This document shows positions 1 to 9,970 of a stretch of DNA of 64,000 nt, in pieces. The stretch covers positions 97,453 through 161,452 of the IMG/VR virus record IMGVR_UViG_3300035182_000826; one strand, given 5' to 3'. Position 1 is the stretch's first letter. Every line of letters begins with the position of its first letter. This DNA is from a virus. The translations under genes were made by a program, and so were the position numbers. The notes beneath the pieces were generated by a model, which searched no databases, was not told the origin of the DNA, and was given only the letters and a program-made list of their open reading frames with translations.

Positions 1-36
1 TTAGCTCATAAATAAGGCTGAATGAAAGGGAACGCT

Positions 37-1914
37 ATGGCTTCTGACGGATTAACTGAACTGACCACTCATGACCTTTGGATTGAGGCGCGTCAATTTT
101 CGCTCACAATTTCAAGACCATCTCCAACAACGATTGAACTGACTGTTGTCAGACCGTCATCTCTTGCGGTAGTTGATGGTGCTGTGTTGATTATGTCAAC
201 AACAAGCATCACACCTAATGATTACCCAATTGACGGAAAACAGTACGTTGGCAGCACCACATTTGGTGATCCAACTGCGTCGCTGATTGACAACTCACAA
301 GTGATTTCGTTCTGGAGCGAGATTCTTGGATCACCGTTCCCAACTTCAATCACTAACGCAGATGGCAATCTGCAATTTTCAGTGACTGTTACTGGAACTG
401 ACCCAAACACAATTTACTACGCGTCAGTTCACGCAAGCACTAATGTCTTGCAGTACTACCCAATTGGAGTTCAGTCATACCCACTTGAGGCCTCTCGTAT
501 TGAGAAGGACAGCTCAACGTATACTGGGTCGATTCCATCATTGCCATACGCCCCAGTGTCGCCAACACCAGGCATGGTGTACCATGACCAACAGCTGAAT
601 ATTGTCCAGTACTGGGATGCAGCGAATGGTGTTTGGATTCCAACTCGCACTGACAGTATCATGTCAGGTGAGTACAACCCAGGGGTGCTTGGCCAAACGT
701 ACATTCTTGCTGGATCAACACTGAAGGTATTTGACGGTAAAAAGTGGGTTCAAGCAAGCAACTCTAATCTGACTTTCAAAGACAGCACATCAGCATGGGT
801 TCCACTTGGCAAGATCACCGCGTCTATGATCATTCCAACTGATCCAATTCCTGGTGATTTCCTGTACAACTACACGTCAAACAGACCAACTTACTGGGAT
901 GGTACTGATTGGGTTGTTGCAACAACGTCAAACACTCTGTTCAACACTGGTGCCACATGGGTACCAGCATTCAAGGCTCCCTTCACTCTTGAAGGTGAAG
1001 ACCTAATTAATCCTTACATTGGTCTGTTGTTCTACAACACACGTGCTCACATCCTGAATGTTTGGGATGGTTCCACATGGATTCAAGCTAACACTGATCA
1101 GCAAGGTACATCAACCACTGATAAGATCAGCATTGGTAATGATGGCTCATATGACGAGCGTCTTCGCTTGATCAAAGTGCTGAAAGCGCAGCTTGGTTGG
1201 CCAGCACGATGTGTTGAGCTTTCTGAAGAGCAGTTCAACGTGGCGATCGACAATGCCCTTGACACGTATCGTCAGTTGAGCGTTGGCGCATACGAACGTC
1301 GGTTCATGGTGTACCCACTGCTGCGTGATCAGCAAGTGTACTATTTGAACTCGCCAATCGACAGAACTGATTCAGTCGTCAGCGTGATCAAGATTCACAG
1401 ATTGAATGTGTTCGGTGTTACTGGTTCTGGCCCAGACAACACTTGGGGTCAAGCATTCATCCAACAGTTCTACAACTTCGCAGGTGGCGGTGCTGATTTG
1501 CTAAGCACACATCTTGTTCACTCATGGTCTGAAGAATTCTCTCGTATCTTTGCGGCAGATTTGCCTTACGTCTGGAACGAGGCAAGACGTGAGCTGTACA
1601 TCATGCGCGCAATCAGAGCGAATGAAAAGGTTGTCATGGAGGTAGAGATTGAACGGTCAGAGCAAGAGCTTCTGCTTGATCGTTACTGCAAGCAGTTCAT
1701 TCAGAACTGGGCTTTGGCTGAGTGTAAAGAATACCTCGGTGTCATTCGTTCTAAGTACACATCTGGTTCACCTGGTGCATCGGGAAACATTACACTGAAC
1801 GGTGAAACCTTGTTGAATGAGGCCCGCCAAGATTTTACAGAGCTGAAAGAGGCTCTGCTGAATTATGAGTACCAAAATGGTGAGCACGGGAACTTCTCAT
1901 TCATGATTGGCTGA
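37..1914 (+). CDS. Neck/head-tail adaptor protein (T4 gp13-like C-terminal domain) with a long N-terminal repeat-containing extension
   Basis: C-terminal LKAQLGWPARCVELSEEQFNVAIDNALD...ITLNGETLLNEA resembles gp13; several PxPGxxYxx...WDG repeats upstream; TAAATA at 9-14; sits before gp14/gp15-like genes. Start could be 22 or 37. Confidence 0.8.
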   Translation: MASDGLTELTTHDLWIEARQFSLTISRPSPTTIELTVVRPSSLAVVDGAVLIMSTTSITPNDYPIDGKQYVGSTTFGDPTASLIDNSQVISFWSEILGSPFPTSITNADGNLQFSVTVTGTDPNTIYYASVHASTNVLQYYPIGVQSYPLEASRIEKDSSTYTGSIPSLPYAPVSPTPGMVYHDQQLNIVQYWDAANGVWIPTRTDSIMSGEYNPGVLGQTYILAGSTLKVFDGKKWVQASNSNLTFKDSTSAWVPLGKITASMIIPTDPIPGDFLYNYTSNRPTYWDGTDWVVATTSNTLFNTGATWVPAFKAPFTLEGEDLINPYIGLLFYNTRAHILNVWDGSTWIQANTDQQGTSTTDKISIGNDGSYDERLRLIKVLKAQLGWPARCVELSEEQFNVAIDNALDTYRQLSVGAYERRFMVYPLLRDQQVYYLNSPIDRTDSVVSVIKIHRLNVFGVTGSGPDNTWGQAFIQQFYNFAGGGADLLSTHLVHSWSEEFSRIFAADLPYVWNEARRELYIMRAIRANEKVVMEVEIERSEQELLLDRYCKQFIQNWALAECKEYLGVIRSKYTSGSPGASGNITLNGETLLNEARQDFTELKEALLNYEYQNGEHGNFSFMIG

Positions 1915-1988
1915 TTGTGTATGTGGACATTTGTGAGATGGTATCATGCCATGCGGCAGAATAAATAGAAAAACTCTTTCGGACGGCT

Positions 1989-3803
1989 ATGTCAACTTGT
2001 CCAGATCAAGCGGGTTCTTTAAACAACCCAAACAACACAGATAACATCTCGACCATCAACGGAACAACAGTTACCAAGTATGTTCCTACTGATGTCTGCA
2101 TTGGCGAGGATGATCTTACTGCCACAGGTGATTCGGCTCTGCAAGAATCATACGCGGCAGAGAATCTGAACCTATCAGGTGCCCCTTTGAATGTGTTCAA
2201 ACTCTTAGGTGTACATGAGCAAGGTAAGCTTGTTGACGTCACTGGAAATGGAACACCATTGAACGGTAGCGGTGAGGTGTTCAACGATGATGCTACTTCA
2301 TGGGTGTCTCCACAGGTAGGATTAGCTGTTCTCCAATCAGCATGGATTGGCTATGACTTTGGCACAATCAAGACCAGCTATGGTCAAGAGGCCTATGCGC
2401 CCGGTGAGCCGTTTCTTCAGCCTGTCTCAAGCTTGAAGATTTGTCAGCCAACTGATAACAGACGCGCGCTACAGGTCAGGATTGACAGTTCAGACGGTGG
2501 ATTCTCAGCTGGAACACCAACGATCACTGGTAGCGGCACTATTGCGATCCAGTTCACAGCAGGGCCAGAGTCTAAGTCTGGTACCTTCATGTTGTCATTT
2601 ACGTCAGCCACAACATTTCAGGTGTACTTTGTTGGGCAGAGCACCGCCCTCGTTGGCCTCGGTGCCCTCGGCGCACGCGTAAACAGCATGTTTGGATCCT
2701 TTACACCGACCGGTTCCGGATTCAACCCGGGTGATCTCGTGTCGTTTCCAATTGAGTTAGACTGGAAGCGAGTTGACGTTGTGAATCTGCCAAATGACTC
2801 GAACGTGAACTTTGTCCGCTTCCGCGATTCGGCGCCTAGACGCTTCTGGAGAATTGTGCCGCTGTCATTTAGCGGTGTGTCAACTAATGATCCTTGGGAA
2901 GTTCAAAGCCTTGAACTGTTCGACTACAAACAAACACGTTTAGATGACATCCAGGACCAGTTGTTCATGGAGAATCGTGATCGTGATTATGACAAGAAGG
3001 CCGTTCAGATCAAAATCGCTTACTCAACATTTGATGCTATCTCAGATCTGACAAAGTTCGGCTTCACGATTTCAGACACTTACAACATGACCACTACCTT
3101 TACCACAATGGTAAAGGCGCTTGGGCGCCCTTTGGTTGTTGGTGATGTTCTTGAATTACCAAGTGAAGTCCAGTACGATCACAATCTAAAACCAATCAGA
3201 AAGTTCCTAGAGGTCACTGACACTTCATGGGCTGCAGATGGATTCACGACTGAATGGAAGCCAGTGATTTTCAGATTCCAAGCATCTAAGCTAATCGTTG
3301 GCCAAGAACACCGAGACCTCTTTGGTAGTGTTCTAACACAGAAGTACACAGTGGATGATGGGTCATTCTTTGATGGCATCGAGATGCTGAACACTGGGGA
3401 CTTGACCGCAACTGAAGTGAACGCCGCTGAAGCCCAAATGGCTTCACCTGAAAAGGGTGCGAACAATAGAGAGATTGCGTCAGGAACAAATCGCTTTAGA
3501 ACTCCTGGGTCCTATGATGGTGTTGATCTTTACGTAGAGGATGGACTACCTCCTGATGGCCAGCCATATACTGAAGGGTTCAAGTTGCCTGATGTTGCCA
3601 CGGCTGTTGACGGGGCGTTCTTCAGATTGAACTATGACCCTGCATTAAACATCCCATCAAGACTTTACCAGTACCGTGCTGACAAGGCACACTGGCTTTA
3701 TGTTGAAACCGATCGCCGTGGGCAGAACAACTCTCTTCGCCCTTCACAGCAGCTGATTATGGGAATGCAACCTGTTCCTTTGAACAGTAAGGACCTAGGA
3801 TGA
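1989..3803 (+). CDS. Neck/head-closure protein (T4 gp14-like) with inserted discoidin-like and beta-sandwich domains
   Basis: IQDQLFMENRDRDY, DLTKFG and GRPLVVGDVLELP motifs; synteny gp13-gp14-gp15; TAAATA at 1962-1967. Confidence 0.7.
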   Translation: MSTCPDQAGSLNNPNNTDNISTINGTTVTKYVPTDVCIGEDDLTATGDSALQESYAAENLNLSGAPLNVFKLLGVHEQGKLVDVTGNGTPLNGSGEVFNDDATSWVSPQVGLAVLQSAWIGYDFGTIKTSYGQEAYAPGEPFLQPVSSLKICQPTDNRRALQVRIDSSDGGFSAGTPTITGSGTIAIQFTAGPESKSGTFMLSFTSATTFQVYFVGQSTALVGLGALGARVNSMFGSFTPTGSGFNPGDLVSFPIELDWKRVDVVNLPNDSNVNFVRFRDSAPRRFWRIVPLSFSGVSTNDPWEVQSLELFDYKQTRLDDIQDQLFMENRDRDYDKKAVQIKIAYSTFDAISDLTKFGFTISDTYNMTTTFTTMVKALGRPLVVGDVLELPSEVQYDHNLKPIRKFLEVTDTSWAADGFTTEWKPVIFRFQASKLIVGQEHRDLFGSVLTQKYTVDDGSFFDGIEMLNTGDLTATEVNAAEAQMASPEKGANNREIASGTNRFRTPGSYDGVDLYVEDGLPPDGQPYTEGFKLPDVATAVDGAFFRLNYDPALNIPSRLYQYRADKAHWLYVETDRRGQNNSLRPSQQLIMGMQPVPLNSKDLG

Positions 3804-4744
3804 TTAAAAACTATTGGTACTCAGAGCAGCTGAGAAGCTACATGCGCCAGTTCATGGCGATCTTTAATGGGCTCTCAGTTCAAACCGGTGTTGGTGAGTG
3901 CGGAGTTGAAGACTTAGTCCCAGTCACATGTGTCGTTGGTACACGTGATCGCGTTGTGGCTGCAATCACTAATGGAAACACTCAGAACAAACTCATGGCT
4001 CTTCCACTGATGGCTGTTCACTTACAGTCAATTCAGCTGGCACCAGAGAGACGCAAAGTTCAAGCATTCGTTGATCAACGAACTGCTATGCGCACAGGCG
4101 GAACATTTCCCGATGACTTGACTGTTGTGAAACGTGCTATGCCTGTTCCTTACAACGTGGTTCTTGAGCTATCGATCTATGCGTCCAACACACAGCAAAT
4201 GCATCAGATCTTAGAGCAAGTGCTAGTGATGTTCAATCCAGACATTCAGATTCAGAAGAATGATGCGCCATATGACTGGACAAGATTGACAAGAGTTGAG
4301 CTCACTGACATCACGAATGAAGAGAATTACCCAAGTGGCGCAGATCGCCGAATGGTGATCTGGACTCTCACTTTTTCGATGCCAATCTATTTGACTATCC
4401 CAATGGCTGTCAAGGATGATTTGGTCAGACGCGTCATTATTCAGATTGGCCTTGCAGATTCAATGAACTTTAGGGAAGTAGACCAGAATGGTGAAATCCT
4501 TCCGTTTGGTGACCCAGTAGGTGTGATTGACATTGACAGTCGCCCAGTACCAACAGAAGATGAGTGCAAGTACGTCGGTCCTGTTGCCCCAACCACAAAC
4601 CTTGAGTTTGACGATACTTGGTTCAACACACAGACTGGTTTCGCAATGAGATGGAATGGTATTGAATGGTACAAGATTGAACAGAAGATGCCAACGCCAA
4701 AGGGCCCAGATGATGACTCTCCTTCTGTTGAGGTAACTCCATGA
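3800..4744 (+). CDS. Tail sheath stabiliser / tail terminator (T4 gp15-like)
   Basis: YWYSEQLRSYMRQFMAIF start; PVPYNVVLELSIY...QILEQVLVMFNP; IWTLTF motif. Confidence 0.8.
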   Translation: MIKNYWYSEQLRSYMRQFMAIFNGLSVQTGVGECGVEDLVPVTCVVGTRDRVVAAITNGNTQNKLMALPLMAVHLQSIQLAPERRKVQAFVDQRTAMRTGGTFPDDLTVVKRAMPVPYNVVLELSIYASNTQQMHQILEQVLVMFNPDIQIQKNDAPYDWTRLTRVELTDITNEENYPSGADRRMVIWTLTFSMPIYLTIPMAVKDDLVRRVIIQIGLADSMNFREVDQNGEILPFGDPVGVIDIDSRPVPTEDECKYVGPVAPTTNLEFDDTWFNTQTGFAMRWNGIEWYKIEQKMPTPKGPDDDSPSVEVTP

Positions 4745-5922
4745 AACTAGTAAAGCTACAAGAACTGGCGATCAAGCCTGCAAAAATCGATCGTGCGATT
4801 GTGTCATCATCAAATGTTGATGCATTAGTTGGTTTTGAGGTTGAACTTTACGTGCCTTCAGATTCAGCGTTCTATGACGAGCCACCGTCAGAACAAGAGC
4901 TCAAAAAGATCAGCTCACCAGAAGAGCTTGAATCTGTTTTAGAGGACTCTCAAGCTACTGAAAAGAAGTTGAAGACATTGAGCAGACACTACTCGAACTG
5001 GGTAGGTGAGCGCATTGAAGAATGGGTTGATGAGAACTGGCGAGACTTTGATGATGGAGATCAGGAAGAAGCTAGAGCTGACGCTGAACATCACATCCCA
5101 GAGAGTGAATACAGCTTTCAGGCATGGATCAAGCAAGAGTTTAATTCACTCGGTGAGATGCTTGACCACTATGGATTAGTGTTCAAGGTCAGCGGCACGG
5201 GACAAGAGGTACTTGATAACATCAGAGATGAAATCTCACGCTTTCTCAAAGTAAAGTTCGTGATGCATGGTGACGCTAGTGGAAGTACATGGGCCATTAC
5301 CAATGACGATTCAGTGAAGGACGATGAGGGTAATGAGACTGATAGTGGTGAGCATGGCTTCAATGTTGAAATCATCTCACCTCCGCTCAGCCCCGTGGAT
5401 GCGCTGAGTTATCTGCAAAAGGTGTTCAGATTTGCGAACACGTATCGCCTTCGTGCCAATCAGTCAACAGGTTTGCACATCAACATTTCATTTCCTAAGG
5501 AAATGATGTCTAAACTAGACGTTGTGAAGCTTGCACTGTTCTCTGGGGATGACTATCAGTTAAGACGATTTGGGCGTGAGCTCAGCAGGTACGCCTGGTC
5601 ACAGAAAAAGTACTTGGAAAAAGAGTTCAGTGAAGCTGATCTTAGCACATTGGCATCATCTGCGTCTATGCAGGCTGCAGCCAAAAAGATCATGGACCGA
5701 ACTGGAAAATACTTCAGCTTCAATTTGAATAAGCTGCAGTATGGATACCTGGAATTTAGAACCGCTGGTGGTGTTGATTACATCAACCGGTTCAGTGACA
5801 TCAGAGACACGGTTGGCAGATACCTACACGCAATGAAAATTTCAATGGACCCTGCAGCCGCTCGCAAAGAGTACCTGAAGAAACTTGGTGCACTGGTGCT
5901 GAAGGCAAAATCTGAAAAGTGA
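4741..5922 (+). CDS. Putative amidoligase (Amidoligase_2 / COOH-NH2 ligase family)
   Basis: GFEVE, VEIISPPL, NQSTGLHINI, KYFSFN and LEFR motifs in the family order. Confidence 0.75.
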   Translation: MKLVKLQELAIKPAKIDRAIVSSSNVDALVGFEVELYVPSDSAFYDEPPSEQELKKISSPEELESVLEDSQATEKKLKTLSRHYSNWVGERIEEWVDENWRDFDDGDQEEARADAEHHIPESEYSFQAWIKQEFNSLGEMLDHYGLVFKVSGTGQEVLDNIRDEISRFLKVKFVMHGDASGSTWAITNDDSVKDDEGNETDSGEHGFNVEIISPPLSPVDALSYLQKVFRFANTYRLRANQSTGLHINISFPKEMMSKLDVVKLALFSGDDYQLRRFGRELSRYAWSQKKYLEKEFSEADLSTLASSASMQAAAKKIMDRTGKYFSFNLNKLQYGYLEFRTAGGVDYINRFSDIRDTVGRYLHAMKISMDPAAARKEYLKKLGALVLKAKSEK

Positions 5923-6008
5923 CCAAATACTGTACGAGTTTTGTGACATACTCATAAATACAGTACCATAACCAAAGCCCGGCATTCTGCCGTTAAAGGA
6001 GAACATCC

Positions 6009-7865
6009 ATGGCATCACTAGTTTCTGCAGGCGTTTCAGTCTCAGTAACAGACAGCTCGCTGTACTTTTCTACTTCAGCACCAACTGTTCCGCTGATTTT
6101 CATCGCTACCCGCTCAGGCAAATTGCAGGCTGATGGTGTTACTTCCGCCGCCGGCACACTTGAGGCTGGCGTCATTCGTGAAGTAACTTCAGTTGCTGAA
6201 TCTCTCGAACTTTACGGTATCCCATACTTCTGGAAAGATGCTTCTGGAAATGAATTCCATGGTGATGCACGTAACGAGTACGGTCTGTTGGCACTGAATC
6301 AATTCCTAGGATTAGGCAATCGCGCTTACGTCATTCGCGCTGACATCGACACAACTGATGAGTCTGAGACTTTCATCAGCCTCGGTGTTCCAGCTGTTGT
6401 TCCAGGCACCGTTGAGTACAACGGTGATGGTGACGGGGTGCTGATGAACATCACTGCCGTTGATAACACTGTCAAGCCACAAACCATCACGATCACCTTC
6501 ACAACAAGCACTACATTTGCCGTAACTGGTTCTGTGTCAGGTTACATTGGATCTGGTGTGGTTGGAACACCATTCACCTCAACCAAAGTGAACTTCACCA
6601 TCAATGCTGGTTCAACGCACTTTGCTGCTGATGACGCGTTCTCCTTTGTTCTAGCATATCATCCAATTGCTGGCGTTGGTAACATCGGCAATGGCACAAT
6701 GTCGAGCCTGAAGGTTGATACGCTGGCTGTGCCTGAAACCATCACTATTACATTCACATCTGGAACTGCGTTCAATGTGTCAGGTACAGTGTCTGGCGTG
6801 TCGGCCCCAGGTGTCGTTGGTTCCCCATATGACAATAACCGCGTGAACTTCACTATCGTTGCTGGCACAACCCCATTTAATGCTGGTGATGAGTTCACAA
6901 TCAATGTTGCCTCCGTGACAATTGATACTCCACTAGGTGCTAATGACGCAGCTAAGCGCGTTGCAATTGTGACGGCTCTCCAAGCTGCCATCAACAGCAA
7001 TCAAGAAATCAGATCAGAACTTTACGAGTTCAATCTGATTCTGTGCCCTGGCTATTACGAGTGTGCTGATGAAATGGTTGCTCTTGCGGCCGATGTGAAG
7101 TACGAGGCTTTCGTAATTGCTGACACTCCAGTGAATAAGACTCCAGCTCAGGTTTCTGAATGGGCGCTGACTTCTTCACGTACATCAAGCACAAGCGTTG
7201 CTTACTACTACCCATGGGGCTTGTGCTCAAACTACGATGGTAGAAATGTCGTGTGCGCTCCTTCTGGAATTGCGCTCCGCACCTATGCAAACAGCGACAA
7301 CCAATCTTACGTTTGGTTTGCACCAGCTGGTGTTGCTCGTGGCTCAGTCACTGGTATCACGTCAGTTGGTTATGTTTCTGGAACTCTTGGAACCGCAACC
7401 ACCTTTGTTGAGACTAATCTGAACCAAGGACAGCGTGATTCTCTGTATGAGTCATTTAAGAACATCAATCCTATCGTGTACTTCCCTGGTCAGGGAATCA
7501 TTGTTTGGGGGCAGAAGACTTCAGCAGCTGCTTCATCAGCTCTTGACCGCGTGAATGTGGTCCGTCTGCTTTGCTACTTGCGTAAGGCGCTTCGCGAAGG
7601 TGCATTCCCATTTACCTTCGAGCCAAATGATGCCATTACTCGTGCAAACCTTAAGGCCGCGGCAGATGACATTTTGAACAACATTCTGTCACTACGCGGC
7701 ATCTATGAGTTTGCAACCAAGTGCGATGAGTCAAACAACACACCAACGAGAATTGATAACGGTGAAATGTGGTTGGACGTTGCAATTAAGCCAACAAAAG
7801 CGGCTGAATTCATCTACATCCCAATCAACGTTGTCAGCACTGGTGACAACATTACTGGAAACTGA
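6009..7865 (+). CDS. Contractile tail sheath protein (gp18-like)
   Basis: LVSAGVSVSVTD start; VWFAPAGVARG, INPI, WGQKT, LDRVNVVRL, FEPND and KPTKAAEFIYI motifs; TAAATA at 5955-5960. Confidence 0.95.
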   Translation: MASLVSAGVSVSVTDSSLYFSTSAPTVPLIFIATRSGKLQADGVTSAAGTLEAGVIREVTSVAESLELYGIPYFWKDASGNEFHGDARNEYGLLALNQFLGLGNRAYVIRADIDTTDESETFISLGVPAVVPGTVEYNGDGDGVLMNITAVDNTVKPQTITITFTTSTTFAVTGSVSGYIGSGVVGTPFTSTKVNFTINAGSTHFAADDAFSFVLAYHPIAGVGNIGNGTMSSLKVDTLAVPETITITFTSGTAFNVSGTVSGVSAPGVVGSPYDNNRVNFTIVAGTTPFNAGDEFTINVASVTIDTPLGANDAAKRVAIVTALQAAINSNQEIRSELYEFNLILCPGYYECADEMVALAADVKYEAFVIADTPVNKTPAQVSEWALTSSRTSSTSVAYYYPWGLCSNYDGRNVVCAPSGIALRTYANSDNQSYVWFAPAGVARGSVTGITSVGYVSGTLGTATTFVETNLNQGQRDSLYESFKNINPIVYFPGQGIIVWGQKTSAAASSALDRVNVVRLLCYLRKALREGAFPFTFEPNDAITRANLKAAADDILNNILSLRGIYEFATKCDESNNTPTRIDNGEMWLDVAIKPTKAAEFIYIPINVVSTGDNITGN

Positions 7866-7879
7866 TAATCTAATCAGCT

Positions 7880-7912
7880 AAAATAAGGGCGCCATTGGCG
7901 CCCTTATTTTTT
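7880..7912. terminator. Bidirectional intrinsic terminator
   Basis: AAAATAAGGGCGCC-ATT-GGCGCCCTTATTTT between convergent genes. Confidence 0.8.
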
Positions 7913-9265
7913 GAATATCCAATTCCCATAGTTCAAGACTTTTTCAAACCCAAGTGATGTCATTATCTGATCTTCAGTCATATCCATGTCAAACTCTGGA
8001 TATTGCTGAAGCAGTTTTTGCTTTTGTGTTTCGCCGCGTGACAACACAATGTTTCCGCGTTTCCACACGTAGCCTGGCTTAGTCTTACCAACTAAAGTAA
8101 AACCAGCTCTATGATAAATTGTGTCTGTTGGATCTGGTGACCATCTAGCGTCACAGTAAGTGATGCATTCCTGTACATTAAAGTGTGAAAAGCATTTTTG
8201 AAATCCACCAATAATAGTGATTCCTGGCTTCACACACCATCGATAGATTTCTAGCACTTTGTCTTTGCCAAATCTGCTTTTGCCAACAGTCATCACAGCT
8301 AGAACCTGCCCATTAAGGGTCAAGCAGATGCTAGTGCCTCTGACATAGCCTTGTGTATGGTACTTTGTCAAAAATTCATGAGCTACCAAAGATGCAGTGG
8401 TGCCAAGAAGAACTGAACACTTTCTGGCATAGATCCTCTCTTTTTTCATCAACAGTGACTGCACCCGAGATAACACCGCCTGCTCATTTGTAATCAACTC
8501 AACGTCTTGAATTGTGACTACCTTGATGCCATTCACTTTGGCATCTTGGATTTTGTCTAAATCTCGCGTTTGATCTTGATGCCAGTGTGAGCCGTTTACC
8601 TCAAAGCCAATGTTAGCTTTAGGAGAAAAAATATCTATTTCTCTCCTGTCATTAAGTCCTTGACGATAATTTGAAATCACTGTATCGTCTACTTCTTGAG
8701 CTGCCTTAAAAACCAACCCCTGAATATTTGATACTGAGCATTTTGGACAAGCTATGTATTTTGTTTTTTGGAATGGGCGTTCAAATTCAACACCACAAAT
8801 GTGCTTCCACTTAACAATATCACTGGCTTTAGTTGGTGCTTCTGTTATCAATATGAATCCACGGCTTTTTGCTTCTTCAATTTTCCTACTAAGCGCCTTA
8901 GCTGTTTTTGACTTGGCCATTTTTTCAGAAACAGCTCGTCTGAAATCCTCGTTAGACCACAAATTATCTGTTCCATATTTCCGCTCAAGTGTTTCTTTTC
9001 TTTTTGAGATTGTCACACTTGAGGATTGCCCACAAGACTTAGAACAATTTGATCTATATCCATGGGTAAAATCCCAATACTTGGTTAGATTTCCGCATGC
9101 GCATAGTGGGCGTGTGTGAAATAAATTCCAGATCTTCTCTGACACGCTACTTCCACTAAGCTCAGACAACCATGGTGCCTTATTGGCATTCCATCTTGCC
9201 TTCCTAGAATCAAATGTGCCGTTTGTGAAAAACAGTTCTTCTGCGAGGTTTTTGTAGGATTTCAT
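7904..9265 (-). mobile_element. Free-standing Hef-like homing endonuclease gene (PD-(D/E)XK/Vsr-like domain with Zn-binding motifs)
   Basis: EIDIF...IGFEVNGSHWH nuclease motif; Cys clusters; C-terminal H.QG...YCDARWS domain; AT-richer; antisense between sheath and tube genes. Confidence 0.7.
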
Positions 9266-9313
9266 GGGTACTCTCTAAATAGCTAAAGCCAAATTCTAAC
9301 ATGGAGAATATTT

Positions 9314-9910
9314 ATGGCAAACCTAAGTAATTTTGGCATTCCGGGCGGCGGCAATGGTATCTTTGCACCAAGGCTGTCCCACAGATGGCGCGTCACTTTC
9401 CAGAATATTGGTCGTCTAGTGTCAGGCGTGAACTCACGTGACTTGACAATGCAAGCAATTCAGGTTGAACGCCCAAACATTGAATGGGACGAAGCCGAAC
9501 AGCATCGCTACAACTCAACAGCGTATGTGGCAACGAAACACCACTTCAATGAAATGCCAATGACCGTTGAAGATGACATCACAGGTCTTGCATCAGCAGT
9601 TATCACTGCACAGCTTGAGACACAACAACGCCTGATTGGTGTTGATCTAGATGGCCGTTGGCTGAATGCTGCGGCTACCGGTTCAGACTACAAGTTCGGT
9701 TTGATCCTTGAGCTACTTGATGGTGACGAGGGTGTTGTTGAGACATGGTACATTGAAGGTGCTTGGATTAAGAGCGCCCAATTCGGTGAGATGTCTTATG
9801 ACAACAGTGAAGTTATGAAGATTCAAATGTCAATCCGTTATGATCATGCCCACAAGGTTGACAACGGTAAGGGCTATGGCACTTCTCTAGGTGGCGCGCT
9901 GACACAGTAA
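9314..9910 (+). CDS. Tail tube protein (gp19-like)
   Basis: 198 aa after the sheath; HRWRVTF, VERPNI, ETWYIEGAW and SIRYDHA motifs; TAAATA at 9276-9281. Confidence 0.85.
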   Translation: MANLSNFGIPGGGNGIFAPRLSHRWRVTFQNIGRLVSGVNSRDLTMQAIQVERPNIEWDEAEQHRYNSTAYVATKHHFNEMPMTVEDDITGLASAVITAQLETQQRLIGVDLDGRWLNAAATGSDYKFGLILELLDGDEGVVETWYIEGAWIKSAQFGEMSYDNSEVMKIQMSIRYDHAHKVDNGKGYGTSLGGALTQ

Positions 9911-9917
9911 ATAGGCA

Positions 9918-9947
9918 AAAAATGGCGAGAGAAATCTCGCCATTTTT
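9918..9947 (+). terminator. Intrinsic terminator
   Basis: AAAAATGGCGAGA-GAAA-TCTCGCCATTTTT. Confidence 0.75.
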
Positions 9948-9970
9948 CAGCATTAAGAAAACACAGAACT

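Noticed and set aside
556-563. GTGTCGCC core inside the neck gene (similar hit near 17310)
   Set aside because: Only 8-10 nt with no flanking similarity; expected by chance.
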